A stretch of 64,000 bases of DNA from Octopus vulgaris. Taxonomy: Eukaryota. The notes under the pieces were generated by a model. The model did not search any database. It had not been told where the DNA came from and saw nothing but the letters and a program-made list of their open reading frames with translations. The first letter of the stretch is position 1. Each line of letters starts with the position of its first letter. This document shows positions 1 through 13,862 of the stretch, piece after piece. A program made the position numbers and the translations under genes. The stretch spans positions 101,060,001-101,124,000 of the forward strand of contig OX597814.1 in the NCBI GenBank assembly GCA_951406725.2, in the 5' to 3' direction.

Positions 1-57
1 GCAGACGAAATACGGCTACGCATTTCGCCCAGCGTGCTAACGTTTCTGCCATGCCTT
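1..57 (-). mobile_element. SINE family A, 5' head (cut by window edge)
   Basis: Matches the head of the copies at 43817-43878 and, in reverse complement, 36041-36100. Confidence 0.75.
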
Positions 58-2243
58 AAACGAAATCAAACGAAAGAATGTGCTACCCATCCTTAACATC
101 AGCTGAATGAATAGCAAAAAAAGTCCAACACCTCCACACATACCACCTTACCCATATGACTACCATTCTTTCCTCTCTTTCTATCACCTTCCTCTCCTTC
201 CCACCAAATACACACGAAAATACTCTGATCACTCGCTTAACCTTCATACTGGTAAACAGGGGTATACATCCTTCTGTTGTACAACCATTTGCAGCTACAT
301 ACTTTTTAGGGTCTTGTTTCTTTTATTTCAACAGGATCTCAGATTTAAGATTTCTGTAATTGTCATGCATGATTCTGAACTAGATTTAGATCTTTCTCTG
401 AAAGTTGATCATGATTCATTAAGAAGTTCAACGTAAATATCACACTCACACAAACACTTATATACGTGTATAACCTTCCTTAAGTATTGAGTATTATTTC
501 CTTGTGTATATATCTTATTTCATATATTGATAATCGTATATAGAGTTGGGATTAAGTGACAGTGTTTTATGTGTTTACATTTGAGATCAGTTCATAAGCT
601 TTTTGCATGTATATATACACTATAAGTAAATATTATGATTTAGAGTATCTTTGATGCTGTATTAATATATTGTTCGTATAATAATTGGGGCCTAACTCCT
701 CATATCTATAGTTTCGGTCTAATGGAATCCAAACATCAATGATCTCCATTTGACTAAGTCTTCAATAACAACTCCAATTTGACATGTTTTTGCGCCTTAT
801 CACCTGAAAATAAGTTTCTCTCCTCATCACAAAATTTCCATTTTCATTTACACTAATACTCCAGAACCAACAATGAATAATATATATTTGAAAATCCAAT
901 TTTACATCCATAGATAGTTTACCAGACATAAACGCCTCGTCTGTAATCCACTCCCGAAAAAGAATTGCTGCATTTACTGTTTGACGCCATTGACAATCGT
1001 TGAAACATCAAAGTCACCACAAGCTATCATTTTGTTGGAAATATATATATCATACCAACCATTATATTGAATGTATGCAGTTTCATTAAATACGTTTTAA
1101 TGATTAAATATATTGTTGCAAGCGCTACGTTTTTTCTGTCAGACCACCGTCACATTCTATCCTCAGATCAAGATGCTTTTTAAATATTTTATATGGAGGA
1201 ATATTTGGAGTGCACTAAATAAATTTAATCATTGAATTCACATTTACAACAGAAAGGAAAATAAGCATTGGGTTTTATTTTTGGTTAAAGTTTAGTGTTT
1301 ACCTCGTATTCTACGAAAAGGAAAAAAAAAACAGGCATTTATATTTCAATCTCCAATATAACAATGGACTGCGTGATGAAAGGGAAAAAAATAAAGACGA
1401 GGAGATTCCAAGAAGAGAAAAGTAATAATACAATCGACAGTTTTATTGAAACTTAAAGGGAATAGACTAGTAAATTCTACTGTGAGCCTGTTCTGATTTA
1501 TTGAATGGAGTTTTTCTTAGCAATTGAAAATAAACAATACAAAAACAAAAATGTCAAACACAAACTACTTATTTTCCCTGTGGTTAAACTACTTTATTAA
1601 AATCTTTCGTCGAAAAAAATAGCGAATCTGCTGCATGTAATGTAAGCATTCATTTCCCACTGGAATATTTTTTGTTGCACAAAAATAGTAAATATTTTTA
1701 CAAAGTTAGGAAAACATTCTTTAACGTAGTAAAAGGAATTCATTGAAGGTTATCATTTACCGCTTTGTTTATGCATGAAGTAATTTCGTTAAGAAATTGC
1801 ACTGGACTCTTAAATCAATATATTTAATAACGATTTTACAATTAGAAAAATAATTTCGGTAATAATACTAAAATACACACATATTCAAATATATGAGTGC
1901 TTTTAAGTGGTTACTCGACTTGCTAGAAGTAGCTGAAAATTCTCCTTCTAATCGGACAGAAAGACGCATCATATTTCTAGAAAATGAGCTCGACTAGGAA
2001 CGTTAATTGACAATTCTTTGAAATAAATGACAGCACTTTAGATTGGAAATACTGAATTTTCAGAACATGAAATAAAAATACTTTTAAAATAAAAGTTTTT
2101 CATCTAACCAATATAAAGCGATCATTTATTAAATGTTCAGTAAGAAAGACAACCTACATTTCAATAATTTACCCAACTATAAAGAAACTTTATCTACAGA
2201 TAAATTTAATCAACTTATCTTTCAAAGACTCTTTATATTTAAC

Positions 2244-2298
<55 letters not shown>

Positions 2299-2300
<2 letters not shown>

Positions 2301-2969
2301 GGAGGGTGTAGATATGTATGTATGTGTATATAAATTCGGGGTGAGTACTTGATAACTAAATTTTATCAATCTCCTGACCACCATGCTTAGTCCTTAACCT
2401 CTATACATCCCTTATCTTTATATTTTTTTATATTTTGTTACATTTTTATCATGTTTTTTTACTTTTATTTTTATTTCTATTTCTATTTTTACTTTATAAC
2501 CTTATGCCTTTACATTTATTTATATTTCTTTATATTTCTTTATATTCTTTATACCCCCTTTACATCTCCTTATATCTCTTTATATCTTTATGCTCTACAT
2601 TTTTATATTTTTCTATACTTACACTTTTTATACATTTTTTATCCCTCGTCCTGAATTCTCGCCCCTCCATCTTCACGTATATACATGTATTTATTTATTT
2701 ACATTACTTCAACATCCATTTTTCCTCATCCTACATTGAGAGAAGAAAGAGATGGACGCTTCAATTCTATGCTGCTGCCGCATTATGTCGTACGCGAATG
2801 GGAGGATTTGCATCCCCAACCAAGAATTTTTGATGTAACACATGTCCTTGTGGAAGCTGTTGTGCGCGGCTGAAGAAGGCTACAGACATACATTATGCAT
2901 TGTTATAAATCTGTCTAATAAAGGCCCGAAACATATGTACCGCTGAATCCTTCGCATCATGTTTTTATT

Positions 2970-2975
<6 letters not shown>
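2299..2975 (+). mobile_element. Non-coding hammerhead-bearing insert between two (TA)n tracts; probable Penelope-like terminal repeat
   Basis: Bounded by (TA)n at about 2247-2298 and 2977-3000, and carries the hammerhead at 2866-2943. Confidence 0.5.
2866..2943 (+). ncRNA. Type I hammerhead ribozyme
   Basis: GCGG-CTGAAGA-AGGCT...GGCCC-GAAAC-ATAT-GTA-CCGC. Stem I is GCGG/CCGC, stem III is the palindrome ACATATGT, and the cleavage triplet is GUA. The first stem II pair is an A-C mismatch. Confidence 0.7.
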
Positions 2976-3008
<33 letters not shown>

Positions 3009-3045
3009 ATGTGTGTGTGTGTATGTATATATGTGTATGTATATA

Positions 3046-3087
<42 letters not shown>

Positions 3088-3306
3088 TAACAAACTTTAT
3101 ACATATAAATATATGTGTAAATATATATGCATAAACACCCACACATACACACCACACACACACACATATGGAGAGAGAAATTTTACTCAACTTTTTAAAA
3201 TTCAACCATATTGTCGTCAGCAAAACCGACAGGTAGAAGGTAGCATATGCAAACCTGTGTGTCCGTGTATATATGTGCGTATGCATATGTGTATATGTAC
3301 GTATTT

Positions 3307-3397
<91 letters not shown>

Positions 3398-3524
3398 TAC
3401 ATATATATGTATATACATACCGATATAGTGTATATGAAAGCATAGAGTATAACTCTGTATCATATGGGGGGGGGTAGACAGAGTGAGCAAGAAAGAAATA
3501 TTTTGAAAGTGAATGAGAGAGATT

Positions 3525-3574
<50 letters not shown>

Positions 3575-4464
3575 TTGATAGATAAAATGTTTGTTGATCA
3601 AAATAAAATAAAAACCTCGAGATAATAATATTGATACAGCCACCCGTACACAATTTTTTTCGTTGATTTTTAGAAATGCTGTTTATAAAAAAAATTCAAA
3701 TGTCGGTCAATCGTTTTTGCCTGGGTGAGAACACTCTAGTGATTATATACATGTCTGTCTTTTTATGACAAAAATCAGTAACAGTTGAGATTTTATATTT
3801 TCATTACAGCAAACATCATAGGTTTATTGCTTTTACTCTCTTTGTGTGTGCTTTTCTGCGTGTGTTTTGTGTGTGCATGTCTGTGTGAGAGTGCGTATAT
3901 GAGTGTTTATATGAACGGATATGTGGTTATATGCATGCATGAGTTTATATATGCGTAAGTTCGTGTTTGAGCAGTGTTAATTAAAGTGACAAGGTGTGCA
4001 CAAGTTTATACATAAACATATATGATTACCGTTACCATGTGTGTGTGTGTATGTATGAATATATAAAATGTACACACACACTGTCATAGACAGATATATA
4101 TATATATCTACATACATATACACACGCATATAATACATATACTATATATATGCATATGTGTCTGTATGCGTGTGCGTGTCTGTATACTTAATATAAAACA
4201 ATAAAGATTGAAAATCCGCTTAATTTTTGTACACGTACATTCATAAATACACACACGGTCACACACACACATAGATATAGACGCGTTTGAATGAAATAAG
4301 TTTTGTTTTTTAACGTAGGAGTTAAATAATTTTATCAAATTTATATATATGAAAGTAAAAGTACAAAAATATTTCTACATAAGTTTTCATATAACAGATT
4401 TAATGTAAAATACTAGTGGTATGCTTGCGCAAGATGAGTTTTCAACGAACAGCACAGCACACGC

Positions 4465-4524
<60 letters not shown>

Positions 4525-4848
4525 GGGTGAGAGAGGGAGACAGACAGATAGACAGACGACAGTCGGGCAGACAAACAGACAGAGAGAGACAGATAAAGGA
4601 AGAGGAATCACATACTGAAAATTTCACAAATTAAAAATTAGTGGACTAAATTAAAATTAGTGGTCTAAATATTAATGAAACTGGTGGCCTAAAGGTCTGA
4701 TGCAGTAGAACAAGAGTTATATTTTACTAATGAAAATCATATTGTAATGACCGGGACCGATTCTGGCTGTCATTCTTCTTATCAAAATATTCGCAGCGTA
4801 TGTGTACGATGCATATGAATACCATACACACAAACACACCTACACATT

Positions 4849-4886
<38 letters not shown>

Positions 4887-4906
4887 CACACACACATATA
4901 TTTGTA

Positions 4907-6039
4907 CGAGAGAAAGTCAAAGGGTATCCCCACTGTCGCCATAACATATCTTTATTATTGCCTTCTGTGCATGCGTGCGTATAGTTGGTACTATTGTGGG
5001 GTCACGTGATCAACGTTTGAGCCTGATCTCGGCATATTTTCTAGCCTTACAGTGTAAGCATGGCCACTCCAATAGCAATGTGCACCAAAGAACAAACAGA
5101 AGTGATCCGATTCCTCTGGTCGGAAGGTGTGTCGGGTGCTGAAATTCATCGGAAGCTTTTAGTACAATACGGAGACGCCCGTCAACTTCCATCATTGGCG
5201 AGAAGATTCAGTAGGTTCGAAAGATGGTTATGGCGAACCGGCGAGTTATCATCGATGTGGCAGCTTGTTCTCTGCAGATTAGTCATGGTACTGCTCATCA
5301 AATCCTCCACGATGAACTCAGCTTACATAAAGTTTGTGCAAGATGGCTGCCTAGAGACCTTACTGCAGAGCACAAGAGCAAATGTTTGAGATATGCCAAA
5401 GTTTACTCGATTGTTACAAAAATGAGGGAAAGGAACTTTTGAGCAGAATAGTCACAGGAGATGAAACGCGGGTCCATCATTATGAGTCAGAATCCAAAAG
5501 TCAGAGTATGGAGAGGAAACTTCTTGACTCGACAGCGACGAAGACATTCAAGACACAGTCTTGTGCGGGAAAGGTGCTGATAACCCTCTTTTTGGGACTC
5601 AAAAGGCCTATGCTGGAAGACTGCCTGAAAAAGGGGTGTACAGCCCAACATTGTAAGATACAGTGCTTTGCTGGCCAACAAACTGAAGCCAGAAATTCGC
5701 GCCAAACCCCGAAGCCTATTGTCGAAGAAAGTTTTGTTGATGCATGACAATGCACGCCCACACACGGCCACTCAGACCGTCGAAACCATTAACCAATTGG
5801 GATTTGATGGGCTGGAATCCCTTACCTACAGTTCAGATCTCACCCCTTCCGACTATCATATGTCTAAACTGTTCAAAGATGGTTTACGAAGTTGACGATT
5901 TGCTACGGATGAAGATGGGAAGGAAGCGGTGTATAAATGGTTGCATGACCAACCGAAAACATTCTTAGGGGGAATACGCAAGCTTGTGGACCGCTGGATC
6001 AAGTACATCGAAAAGAAAAGAGATTATATAGAAAATTAT
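4907..6039 (+). mobile_element. Decayed mariner (DD34D) transposon
   Basis: Frameshifted ORFs read VIRFLWSEGVSGAEIHRKL, KVCARWLPRDL, IVTGDETRVHHYESESKSQS, HDNARPHT and YSSDLTPSDYH. There is an internal deletion near 5175. The left end resembles TA|CGAG; no right TIR is visible. Confidence 0.92.
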
Positions 6040-6225
6040 TAGGTTCGTCGGTAGGCCTCTCAAGATCTCTACCCTGTTCCATTGACTCTATAGCAGTGCC
6101 GAGAGTTGCGTGCGAGCGAACTGGGTTAGACAGGGCTGCGTGGCTACCACCGACCGTTTCAACCATATTAATGATACAAACAGTCATACTAATTCTTCTT
6201 CTTCTTATTATTATTATTTTTTTTT

Positions 6226-6261
<36 letters not shown>

Positions 6262-7583
6262 CAACAGCAGCAGCAGCAACAGCAATTGGTTTCATCGAAA
6301 ACGCTAAATTAAAAACATTTTTATTGTATGTTTTTGTGCCCTCCTAAAATTAAAGTGACATCAATTGTAAGCATAAGTTCTCCATTTTTCGGGCAAAGTG
6401 TACCACACATAACATAATGCAATGTGTTCTTCCATTTTTAAGACTTTCAATTTCATTTAAATGATATTTAGTTGTTAGAATTTTGGGCAACCATATACGG
6501 TCTCTTAATTGGCTTCGGTTCTCTAATGTCTCTTTTAAAAGTAAACGGCAAACCTTGCCTTTGTATTTTGTTTCTTGAAAATAGAACACGAACACAGCAG
6601 CATCAACAGAACTCCTTTTCTCTCTCTGTCTCTCTCTCTCCTTCTCCTCCCCCTCTCTTTCTTTGAGACAGTAACAACATTAATAGCAACAACTACAGCA
6701 AAACCAGCAGCAACCACGACTACAGTACAACATTGATTTGTTTTGTTTTGTAAATTGTGCTTTGGAAATTAGCCATTTTCTGGCACACTCGCCTTCACTG
6801 AATTGATACAAATTTCCTGGACCAACAGCACGTGTCTTTCGAACCATTTAAAGCTTTAAATACTTCATTCATTTACTTTGTTTTCAATACATTTCTTTTT
6901 CTATTCTTTCTTCCTTTCTTTTATTTTTTCTACCTTCTTATTCACCGCCCCACAAATCCTTCCACTCTCACAAGCATTCACTGTCTTTTTATATTCTGTC
7001 TCAGCCATCAGCCATATATACTGCCTCCCTCTGTCTACGTCTCCATCTATTTACCTGTCCCTCTTCCTTCCTTTCTTCCTTTTTTCCTTCCTTTCTACCC
7101 GTATAATGACCGATCGTCTATCAATGTTGATATCGGGAAATTTTCAGGACAGGCAACCTTCTGATAAATTGAGACCATAAAATCTAACCAGAATTGTTGT
7201 GTGCATGTGAATACAGGAAGTGTACTTATACATAACGCGCATAAGTCTCAGTATGTGGACGACAGTGGGTCGATCAGAACAAAGACAAAATAAGTTTTAA
7301 AAGAAAACAGTTGCTTTCCATACATCGACTAGTGTCTAACGATGTTCTCTTCGTCGTTGCTCATGCAATATCTGTTTCTGCTGATGATGAAGGGATTAGA
7401 TGGAAAGACAAGGAGTTTAATGGGAAGGGAATTGAAGTCTTCTATGTTATTTTGTTTCTTCAGTAGTGATTAGTTATAATTTCTACTTCACCAAGGGTGA
7501 CGATTTCGTTACACGCGTAATCCGACATGGAGCTTGATTTATTTTTTGTAATTTTTACATACATTAATAACTACATAGATTCA

Positions 7584-7639
<56 letters not shown>

Positions 7640-7884
7640 GTATATATATAGATATATACATATATTATTACATATACATGAATATATATGTGTGTATGTA
7701 TGTGCATATTCGTATACATATACATACTTCTGTACACATAGAAAATATATACATCTATGTCTGTACACATACAGACAAACTCACAGCTATCTATTTATCT
7801 CTCTCCCTCTCTACACACAAACACACACACACATACACATACATATATATGCATGTGTATATATCTATATCTATATGTACGCAA

Positions 7885-7942
<58 letters not shown>

Positions 7943-8695
7943 ATATATATATACACATATGTATATTTATATAAATTTGTATTTATATATATATACGCTC
8001 AGACTCATATGTATACAGAAGTGTGTTTACGTAAGTATGCATGTTCTAAAAGGAAAAGAGTTTTAAAAAAAAGTGTATTTTGCATTAAACAGGTGCAGTG
8101 GATTGAATAACTAACGGCAGTCACAGGTAAATGTGGCAAGAACTGGGAGAGGCGCGCAAAGTCACAGGAACAAAGAGACGGGTTATAAGAATACCAGTTA
8201 GCAGACTGACTAGAATCTGTCGCAGCACCAGCCTGTCATTTTCTACACAGGGGAGTACCAGCACACGGCTTGCCAGCTATAAATCCCGGCTGAACAATGC
8301 AGACACATTTTGCAATCGATAAATATAAGGGTCAAACTGCATAAACACATGTAAAATGAAATAATAAATGATAGAGATGTGGGGAGGAAATATGATGGGC
8401 GTTTAGCATGGGTCATGTATATGGTTTTATATTATGTTTGGGTAGACACAAGACAAAAACAAACTCACATTGACACATATATATATGCATACATACAGAT
8501 AGATAGATAGATACATACATACATACATACATACATACATACATAGATTGATAGATAGATAGATACATGACGTATATATGTTTCTACGTGCTTGTATATC
8601 TGCACACACTGATATCTGTGTGTATATGTTGTATATCTGTATAGATATTATCAAACACACACACACACATACATATATAGAGATAGATATGTATG

Positions 8696-8739
<44 letters not shown>

Positions 8740-8996
8740 TAATATATATGTGCATCTATGTATATATACATACATAGACCGAGACACATTTACGCTTAAC
8801 TCTAATGTATATGTAAATAAATGCAAACATACATATATAACTGCGCACGCGCGTCTGTATGTGAAATATTATATACATATCTAACTAGCATGTACTTTTT
8901 ACAAACAATTAGAAACCACTTTAAATAGTCAAACAACACTGATTTTCCCACGTGACCATACAAGCATATAATATAAATATATATATATATATATAT

Positions 8997-9037
8997 AGGA
9001 GTAGCTGTGTGGTAAGTAGCTTGCTGGCCAACCACAT
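8997..9037 (+). mobile_element. SINE family B, head fragment
   Basis: GGAGTAGCTGTGTGGTAAGTAGCTTGCTGGCCAACCACAT matches the head at 44813. Confidence 0.6.
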
Positions 9038-9239
9038 AATATTTACTTTCCTGAAATTTTAGGAAAATATAAATAAGAAGTAAGTGGAAATTTTTCCGGT
9101 GAGTGTGTTAAACTATAAGGCACAAAAAGAAAATTACACTCACCAGACACAACAGAATATGCTTCAACACACGAACTCATATAAAGAATCTTGCAAACCA
9201 AATCCAAAAAGGAAATATATATATGCATATATAATAATG

Positions 9240-9294
<55 letters not shown>

Positions 9295-9428
9295 TAATAA
9301 TAATAATAATAATAATGACAATAATAATAATAATAATAATAATGATAATAAAATAGGGTAAAATTATGAATAATTTCACCAAGTAGTAAGTACGTGAAAA
9401 AAACTTTTTAGGTAAATTATACAAAATA

Positions 9429-9665
9429 TAATTATATACATAATTATGATAAGGGGTCACTAAGTGCCTCGCCACGTACTGAATTAGAAATAGACGCCAA
9501 TGTATTTTCAACCACCATAAAATCTCCGCGACAGTAACGCGCTAACTAAAGTGTTTTATTGTCTCGGAGATTTGATGGTAGTTGAAAAGACAATGGCTTC
9601 TATTTCTAATTCAGTACGTGGTAAGTCACTTAGCTGAGCCCTTATTATGATTATGTATATAATTA
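9429..9665. repeat. Diverged inverted repeat, arms about 115 bp with a very short spacer
   Basis: CCACGTACTGAATTAGAAATAGA pairs with TCTATTTCTAATTCAGTACGTGG; complementarity runs through both arms. Confidence 0.85.
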
Positions 9666-9676
9666 CAGAATATTTT

Positions 9677-10057
9677 AATTGTTTCACTCATTTGACTTTG
9701 GCCATATTAGAGCACCGCATTTAGTCGAACAAATCGACCCCAGAACTTATTCTTTCTAAGCCTAGTACTTATTTTATCGATTACTTTTGCCGAACCGTTA
9801 AGTTACGGCGACATAAACACACCAACATCGGACATCGGTTGTCAAACGATGGTGGGGAGACCATCACAGACACGTGTGTATATATATATACATATATACG
9901 ACGGGTTTCTTTCAGTTTCCGGCTACCAAATCCACTCACAAGGCTTTTGTAGGCACGAGGCTATAGTAGAAGATACTTATCCAAAGTGCAACGCAGTAGA
10001 ACTGAACCTGTAATCATATGATTGGGAAACAAGATTTTACCACACAGCCATGCCTGC
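9677..10057 (-). mobile_element. SINE family B, near full length
   Basis: Reverse-complement homolog of 44813-45240. Confidence 0.85.
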
Positions 10058-10153
10058 ACCTATATATGTATCTATGTGCTTGTATATATGTCTGTAAACA
10101 TTGATCTCTGTATGTGTTGTATGTTTATTTATATGTGTGTGTTTGTGTGTATC

Positions 10154-10230
<77 letters not shown>

Positions 10231-11040
10231 ATCTATCTGTGAATATGTATGTATATTTGTATTTCTGTTTTAATTTTCTCTGCTCATGTATGTGTATATA
10301 TGTGTGTCAGTTTCTGCATAAATATATTCTGTGTGTGCGTGTGTTTATGAGAAAGAGAGCACTCTGGCGTGTGTCAGTCCGTTCCTTTATCTGTTTGTGC
10401 CTGTCTATCTATTTATCTATCTATCGAGCTGTCTATCTAAATATATATCAGTGTGTGTGTGTGTTTGTATGTTTGTTTGTTAGTTTGTTTGTCTGTATGT
10501 ATGTAACTGTAAATATTAGTTTGAGCGTATGTGTGTAATGTGCGTGTATGTGCATGTGTATGAAGCAGATTCTGGCATAAAGAAAGCTAATTGTCTGCAA
10601 AACAATAAAAAAGAGTAAAATAAATAACTTAAACAAAACGTACGCCACAATCTATCACGTGATCCGTGGCTTTACAGACATGGGTGGTAGAATCCCTGAT
10701 GTTGCTGGTGACAAGGTGTGCACCGTTGCACTACGTTCAGAAATAGCGTCTAAGACGATAGTTCTTTGTCGCAACATTGGCCACTAAATGCCGGTGACAC
10801 ACGGCGGCACGTGCTGACGAGATATCGGCGGAAGTACCGCTGTCAGACCTCTGTCTTTTCCACTGACTTTATATCGCATTAGCATTCACTTCCTTTGACC
10901 GCCGCTGTCCGACTAAGCAATTACTGAGTTAAGTAGGAGGCTAGATTGTCAATAGGGGCTACAACAATTATATAAAGGTTTCACACGGATATACACACAC
11001 ATAATCATATCAAGTGTTTTAAGAGCAATATCTATATATA

Positions 11041-11845
11041 CAGGGTGCGGTGAATAAATTGTCGTCAAAATTACGCAAAAGTGAAAATAACACTGAGATC
11101 TTATTTTAACAGATATATTTACCAAAATTACATGAAAATATCTTGAAATATTAAACAGTGGTTGAAGCCAATGATGATTTAATTGCATAAATAAAAACGC
11201 CATTGGCTTCAACCACGGCCTCCAGATGATTTCGGAATCTTCCTACAATTCTTCTGGACGGTCTCTTTGTTTAAGCTGGTGAATGCTGCCATAATTTTTG
11301 CCTTCACCTCATCTTTGGTGTCACAAGGAGTTTTGTAGATCTCTCGCTCAACTGCACCCCAGGCTTAATAATCAAGGAGTTTGCTGCCTGGGGAGTTAGA
11401 TAGCCAGATGTTAGAACTGATGTGGTCGCAGAAATTGTCTGACAGCCAAGACTAGGTTCTCCTGCTCGTGTGGCATGATTCAGAGTTCAGTTGCCAGACA
11501 TAGTGTCTTCCAGATCCCGCCGTCTCCTCCCAGGGCAGCACTACCTCCACCAAGTACTTGAATGTAGCCCCCTCCCCCTGATGAATGGAGGCATAACATC
11601 GTCATCACTAGTGATCACTCCAAACACCATGATGTTTACTGGATGTCTGATTTTTATTACACTCTCTACATATTTTGGGGACACGGGTAGCTAACAGTTA
11701 TTCTGTGTGTTCACTATTTAATCCAGGCAGAAATTTTTCTCGTCTGAGAAAAACCAAAGCATATTCAGTTGTAGGGGATGCTTGAGTTTGTTCAAACGCT
11801 TCGTAGCGCGATCTTTCCTCTCGTCCTTGGATAAAAATTAGACCT
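11041..11845 (-). mobile_element. Decayed Tc1/mariner-superfamily transposase, maT/DD37D-like; 3' part plus one TIR
   Basis: Minus strand reads FFSDEKNF, an ..SCHTSRRT motif and WLSNSPGSKLLDY*AWGAVERE (compare WPPNSPDxNPLDY). The terminus is TA|CAGGGTG at 11041. Confidence 0.8.
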
Positions 11846-11847
11846 TT

Positions 11848-12006
11848 CTCAACTGCAACTTAAATACGGGATTACGCCAACCTTACATGAAACCCAACTT
11901 TAACTTAAGATATATAAATTATCAAAGTAATCATCCACAATCTATAAAAGAAGCTCTTATAAAAAGCGTTAGTAAAAGAATTTCTTATCTCTCTTCTAAT
12001 GAGGAC
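11848..12006 (+). pseudogene. Penelope-like element reverse transcriptase fragment (thumb region)
   Basis: Hand translation LNCNLNTGLRQPYMKPNFNLRYINYQSNHPQSIKEALIKSVSKRISYLSSNED matches the PLE pattern YxKP...Y...SNHP..I...I.KRIS.LSSNE. It is absent from the ORF track. Confidence 0.8.
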
Positions 12007-12850
12007 CCTGTATTTGTAACCATACTAGTAATTAGCAAATGATTTAATTACAATCATTTAATTAGTTTGGAGTTTTGTACTTATGCCTTCTCATAGGTCC
12101 ACTAGGCTGAATGTTTTTAGGGGATGTTTAGACAATTACAGTTTGTCTAGTAAAACCACCGTTTGGGACTTTGGTCGCTATTTCAGAGGATAGATTTAGT
12201 ATTATGATTATATAAGTGAAGGTCAATGCCCTAGCCATTACCTCCCCTTTACGGCAGTCGCACCTTAACCGTAGTACCTTCTTTCTTACGGTGCTTGTTT
12301 ACATGTTTGGCTGATTTGTTTATAATGTCTTAAGCAGCCTTGGGCCACTTATAGCATATGCTACTTCTCCATACATTTACTTGTTATTTACTTCTTTATT
12401 TACATTTACCCCTATAATGGTCTTAATAGCTTGCCCTTTGGTTTTTAAATTTAACTGACCAATTATATTGATGGCTGGACTCTGGTCAATCCTATTATGG
12501 ACAATATGTGGTTGGTCTTTACAATATATCAGTAAGTATATAAAATGATTAATTTATGGGCATGTTATTTAGATTAATATTAATTATTATTATTTAGGAA
12601 TCTTATGTACTCTTCCTTTTCTAGACCTATTGGCGTATCCCGCTATACCAAAGTACTGATCTTACTTTTTTATTATTTATACACCCTGCTACTCCTAAAG
12701 AAATATTAACCCACGAATTAATTTTCTAGTTCAGTCATTTACTCAACCACCGGAACTGTTACACTGCAAAATGTTATGATTCAAAGATACTAAGCCTCCA
12801 TTCATCCTCTCGAGGCTCTTTTATCTTATTTTCTTCTATGTATTTTTCTT

Positions 12851-12970
12851 CACCCTGATGCAGCTCCATGTTCCCGATCGGATGTGCTATAGAATTTGAC
12901 GAATATTATTCTCAGAATTTTCTTTGGCGGCGCTGTCGGACATTGGAAGCAGAAACGGCTGTTAGTTGGG
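12851..12970 (+). ncRNA. Degenerate hammerhead with long stem II, downstream of the Penelope RT fragment
   Basis: CTGATG(C)...GCTCCATGTTCCCGA...TCGGACATTGGAAGCA-GAAAC-GGCT-GTT. The core has a substitution and stem I pairs poorly. Confidence 0.45.
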
Positions 12971-13385
12971 ATAAAGTTTTGTATTAAAAAATAATAATTG
13001 ATGGTAGTCATTTTGTTGTTAATCAAGAATTTCTCCATTTTCTGCTTAATTTAAATTTGATTCCTTATAAACTCTTGTTTATCAGACGGGCTTTTCGAGG
13101 TGCGCGCAGAGTGACGAAACTGTTCTGCACGCACGCGACCAATATCCGGGCGTTGGTGACGTGTGGAGTTATGTCGAACAGCTGCTGTCACGCGTGGGAT
13201 GGATCCGTCTATCGGCCGAGACTGTAGTGATAATTTCCCCACCGCCATCCTCCAATCATGCAGGCAAGGCAGTTTTCTTTTGCTTGATAGTTGTGGCGAA
13301 AATGTTGTTTGGTGGACAAGGTTGGAAAGCATGAGTACGAATATATTCCTCTTTGGGAGAGCTCTCACATCTTCTTCTTCTTCTT

Positions 13386-13477
<92 letters not shown>

Positions 13478-13750
13478 TTTTTTTTTCTTCTTTCAAATTT
13501 TCTCCCATTTCTTGCCGAGTGTCTTCCCGACTCCTAGGGCAAAGAAACTCATAGTGTATATTGGTAGGCCATTAAACCAAACTCAGTAGTTCGTTCATTT
13601 TTTTTTTTTTTTTTTTTTTTTAAAGTTAAATTAAAATACATGAGCAGCAACAGTTCTCACATCGACAATGCTCTTCTCAATACGTGTGATGTACCAGTTA
13701 AGACAATCTTTTGCACTTCTTGCAGGGATGGTAAGCCAGGGATCATTCTC
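13478..13750 (-). mobile_element. Dong/R4-like non-LTR retrotransposon, severely 5'-truncated (copy 1)
   Basis: Minus strand reads MIPGLPSLQEVQKIVLTGTSHVLRRALSM* (stop at 13657-13659), homologous to the C-termini of copies 3 and 4. (AAT)n lies on both sides. Confidence 0.88.
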
Positions 13751-13768
13751 ATTATTATTATAATAATA

Positions 13769-13837
<69 letters not shown>

Positions 13838-13862
13838 TTTATTTTTATTATTTTTATTATTA

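Noticed and set aside
698-770. Possible minus-strand hammerhead (TTGAAGA...hairpin...GAAACTATAGAT)
   Set aside because: The core C and the cleavage triplet are altered and stem I is absent; at best a relic.
6040-6165. GC-rich, hairpin-prone segment after the mariner, with GAAAC-G-GTC...CCGACGA on the minus strand
   Set aside because: It resembles a permuted hammerhead, but stem I does not pair next to the core; no family can be assigned.
10650-10920. GC-richer island with two CACGTG boxes, a possible enhancer
   Set aside because: The motifs are too short to support a regulatory call from sequence alone.
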